Assembly: GCA_046538755.1 (NCBI GenBank)
Contig: JBKHIH010000007.1
Coordinates: 16,760-80,759 of the forward strand
DNA length: 64,000 bases
From: Thiohalospira sp.
GTDB lineage: Bacteria; Bacteroidota; Bacteroidia; Bacteroidales; UBA12077
Direction: 5' to 3'
In this document: positions 61,835 through 64,000 of the stretch, in pieces
Numbering within the stretch: position 1 is the stretch's first letter
Layout of the letters: every line of letters starts with the position of its first letter
The notes under the pieces: generated by a model
The model's database searches: none
Seen by the model: only the letters and a program-made list of their open reading frames with translations
What the model was told of the DNA's origin: nothing
Position numbers and translations under genes: made by a program

Positions 61835-62353
61835 ATGAGAATATTCTTAATTGGATTTATGGCTAGCGGGAAATCAACTTTTGGAAAAAAGTTAGCCACA
61901 AAATTAGACAAACCTTTTATTGATTTGGATAATTTTATTGAAGAGAAATTTAATACTACCATCCGTATTTTGATGTATGAAAAGGGAGAAGATGAATTTA
62001 GGATAATTGAAAAGGAGGCATTGCTTGAAGTAATTGACAAACACAAAGATGCCGTGATTTCTACCGGAGGTGGCACTCCCTGTTTTTACGATAATTTGGG
62101 AGTCATGAACCGAAATGGAAAAACAATTTATATTGAGGTGGATGTTCCTACACTGGTTAATCGTTTGATAAATGCTAAAAAAGACAGGCCATTAATTTGG
62201 GGCAAGTCAAAAGAGGATTTAACTGTTTATGCTATTGAGCTTATGAACAGAAGAAAGGCAAATTATGAACAAGCTAATTATAAAGTTAATGGGAAAAATC
62301 TTAATATAAATAAACTGGTTGAATTAGTAAAAGAAGCAATTGAACAGCCTTAA
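61835..62353 (+). CDS. aroK: Shikimate kinase
   Basis: LIGFMASGKST, DLD, STGGG, RPL. Confidence 0.92.
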   Translation: MRIFLIGFMASGKSTFGKKLATKLDKPFIDLDNFIEEKFNTTIRILMYEKGEDEFRIIEKEALLEVIDKHKDAVISTGGGTPCFYDNLGVMNRNGKTIYIEVDVPTLVNRLINAKKDRPLIWGKSKEDLTVYAIELMNRRKANYEQANYKVNGKNLNINKLVELVKEAIEQP

Positions 62354-64000
62354 ATTTTAAATCCTAATACCAATACATCATCCACCTGCGGTTGATCTCC
62401 TTTCCAGTTGATAAAACTTTCGAATAATATTTGTTTTTGTTCCTGAATGCTTTTGTCGTGGATTTCAAGCAGCAGTTCTCGGAGGTTTCCTATGCGAAAT
62501 TTTTTACGCATCGGGCCACCAAACTGGTCAGCGTAACCATCAGTAAACATATAAAATAAATCGCCAGGCTGAATATTTATTTCATGGTTTGTAAAAGGTT
62601 GCATCGCTTTTGCAGAAATACCAACCGGCATACGGTCTGCTTTAATAACTTCTAACATATGGCCACGGATAAAATAAAGATGATTGTAAGCACCAGCAAA
62701 TTGTAATTTCATATTATCGTGGTCAATTACCACCAGCGAGATATCCATGCCATCTTTAGCCTCTTCAAGCCGGTTCGAATGAACAAGGGTTTTAACCACT
62801 TTTTTACGTAAACGGTTTAAAATTTCTGCTGGAGTAAGTTCATGTTCATCAAAAACAATTTCATTTAAAAAATTAATGCCAATAATACTCATAAACGCAC
62901 CAGGAACACCATGGCCTGTACAATCAGCTGCTACTATTACTGATTTTCCATTAATTTCTGCTACCCAGTAAAAATCACCACTTACAATATCTTTGGGCTT
63001 AAAAAGGCAGAAACCATCACGTAAAATTTTTTGCAAGCTAAGCTTGTCAGGGAAAAGAGCAACCTGTATATGTTTTGCATACTCAATACTATCCGTAATA
63101 TCCTTATTTTGTCTTAAAATGTATTCGGTTTGTTTATCGGCAAATTCTTTCTGCCTTTGTATTTCGTCTCTTTGGGCTTCAATTTCGTCACGTTGCGTTT
63201 CAATCTCTTCTTTCTGCTGTTGCATTTCAGCATTTTTTAAACGTAATATTTTATTGTTAAATTTTCTTTTTGCATTAATCTTAAGAAGGATAAAGGCTTG
63301 TAGAATAACAACTCCTACTGCAATTAATAGTATAATATTAATGTCTGTTTTTTGTTTTTTTTGTTTGTTAAGCAGATCAATTTCTTGTTGTTTTTTATCC
63401 GATTCGTACTTAATTTCTAATTCTGCAATTTTTGCATTGGTTTGTTGGTTGATCCTTTTGTTTTTTAATTCATAAAATTTTTCAAAAAAGGAAAGAGCTT
63501 TGGATGGATTCCCGCTTTCTTTATAAATTTTATATAATTGTTCATATACCATCTCCAGCGTTATAGTATAACCTAAAGAATCGCAAATTGGTATTGCCAT
63601 TTTGCTGTAATTAATAGCTTCGTTATACTTTTTCAGTTTAAAATAAATCCCTCCAAGGTTTAAATATGATGTTGAGATTCCATCAGGGTCATTTATTTTT
63701 TTTTCTATTTCAAGCGATCTTTGATAATAATCATGAGCTTCGGAAAATAAATTTAAATATTCGTGCATAACACCTAAGTTGTTATAAACACTGCTTAATC
63801 CATTGGTATCATTAGACTCTTTGTAAATATCCTTTGCTTTTTGATAATAATCAATCGCTTTTGAGTAATCATCCATGGCTCGTGCAACAATTCCTAGATT
63901 ATTATAGGCCTTGCCAATTTTTTGTTTGTTTTTTTGATTTTTTTGATTTTCAAGATATTTTTCGAAGTATTGTAATGATTTTTCTAGGTTATCCTGAAAA
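62350..64000 (-). CDS. TPR-repeat membrane sensor with a coiled coil and SpoIIE/PP2C phosphatase domain (5' end outside the window)
   Basis: Frame stays open to the window edge; TPRs (AYNNLG, VYNNLG, SYLNLG), one TM helix, SIEYAKHIQ, VSGDFYW, ADCTGHGVPGA, TDGYADQFGG, DDV. Confidence 0.9.
   Translation of the reverse strand, partial: FQDNLEKSLQYFEKYLENQKNQKNKQKIGKAYNNLGIVARAMDDYSKAIDYYQKAKDIYKESNDTNGLSSVYNNLGVMHEYLNLFSEAHDYYQRSLEIEKKINDPDGISTSYLNLGGIYFKLKKYNEAINYSKMAIPICDSLGYTITLEMVYEQLYKIYKESGNPSKALSFFEKFYELKNKRINQQTNAKIAELEIKYESDKKQQEIDLLNKQKKQKTDINIILLIAVGVVILQAFILLKINAKRKFNNKILRLKNAEMQQQKEEIETQRDEIEAQRDEIQRQKEFADKQTEYILRQNKDITDSIEYAKHIQVALFPDKLSLQKILRDGFCLFKPKDIVSGDFYWVAEINGKSVIVAADCTGHGVPGAFMSIIGINFLNEIVFDEHELTPAEILNRLRKKVVKTLVHSNRLEEAKDGMDISLVVIDHDNMKLQFAGAYNHLYFIRGHMLEVIKADRMPVGISAKAMQPFTNHEINIQPGDLFYMFTDGYADQFGGPMRKKFRIGNLRELLLEIHDKSIQEQKQILFESFINWKGDQPQVDDVLVLGFKI

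Noticed and set aside
62772-62780. GGTTCGAAT (tRNA T-loop-like)
   Set aside because: Inside the SpoIIE coding region with no cloverleaf around it.
283-63475. Numerous 60-180 aa ORFs antisense to or overlapping identified genes (e.g. 283-828, 10423-10848, 18477-18854, 34449-34856, 41106-41534, 62993-63475)
   Set aside because: They lie inside well-supported genes on another frame or strand and have no recognizable motifs; they are shadow ORFs.
1-64000. CRISPR arrays, IS elements, integrases, prophage genes, rRNA and tRNA
   Set aside because: No regularly spaced repeats, terminal inverted repeat/transposase pairs or RNA-gene signatures were seen by eye.

Overview
AT-rich chromosomal segment from a Bacteroidota (Bacteroidales/Marinilabiliales-like) bacterium. 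The assignment rests on TAnnTTTG promoter boxes, the gene orders purH-mreBCD-mrdA-rodA, hpt-adk-obgE and rsmA-mgtE, and Bacteroidota-type parE/parC and lysS. Most of the window is housekeeping: cell shape, purine, lipoate, lipid and topoisomerase IV genes. I found no rRNA, tRNA, CRISPR array, integrase or transposase. Highlights: (1) a NYN ribonuclease gene (35737-36411) directly preceded by a promoter and a two-stem hairpin with a U-tract, an architecture resembling an RNA-antitoxin (type III TA/AbiF-like) module; (2) an AmmeMemoRadiSam (AmrB-AmrA fusion plus AmrS) locus whose enzymes carry export signals and sit with a His-containing membrane protein and a membrane SpeE-like protein, suggesting an envelope-located pathway; (3) three other candidate structured RNAs, upstream of a long KamA-like radical SAM gene, upstream of a copper-resistance operon, and in the rsmA divergent gap; (4) an M49 peptidase-like lipoprotein lacking both zinc-binding histidines; (5) an ArcE/CpgS-family ligase, two paralogous unknown exported proteins, an unannotated acidic 58-aa ORF, and two reading-frame lesions (an A6 frameshift and an in-frame TAG). 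All family assignments come from motif recognition by eye; no database searches or folding programs were run.
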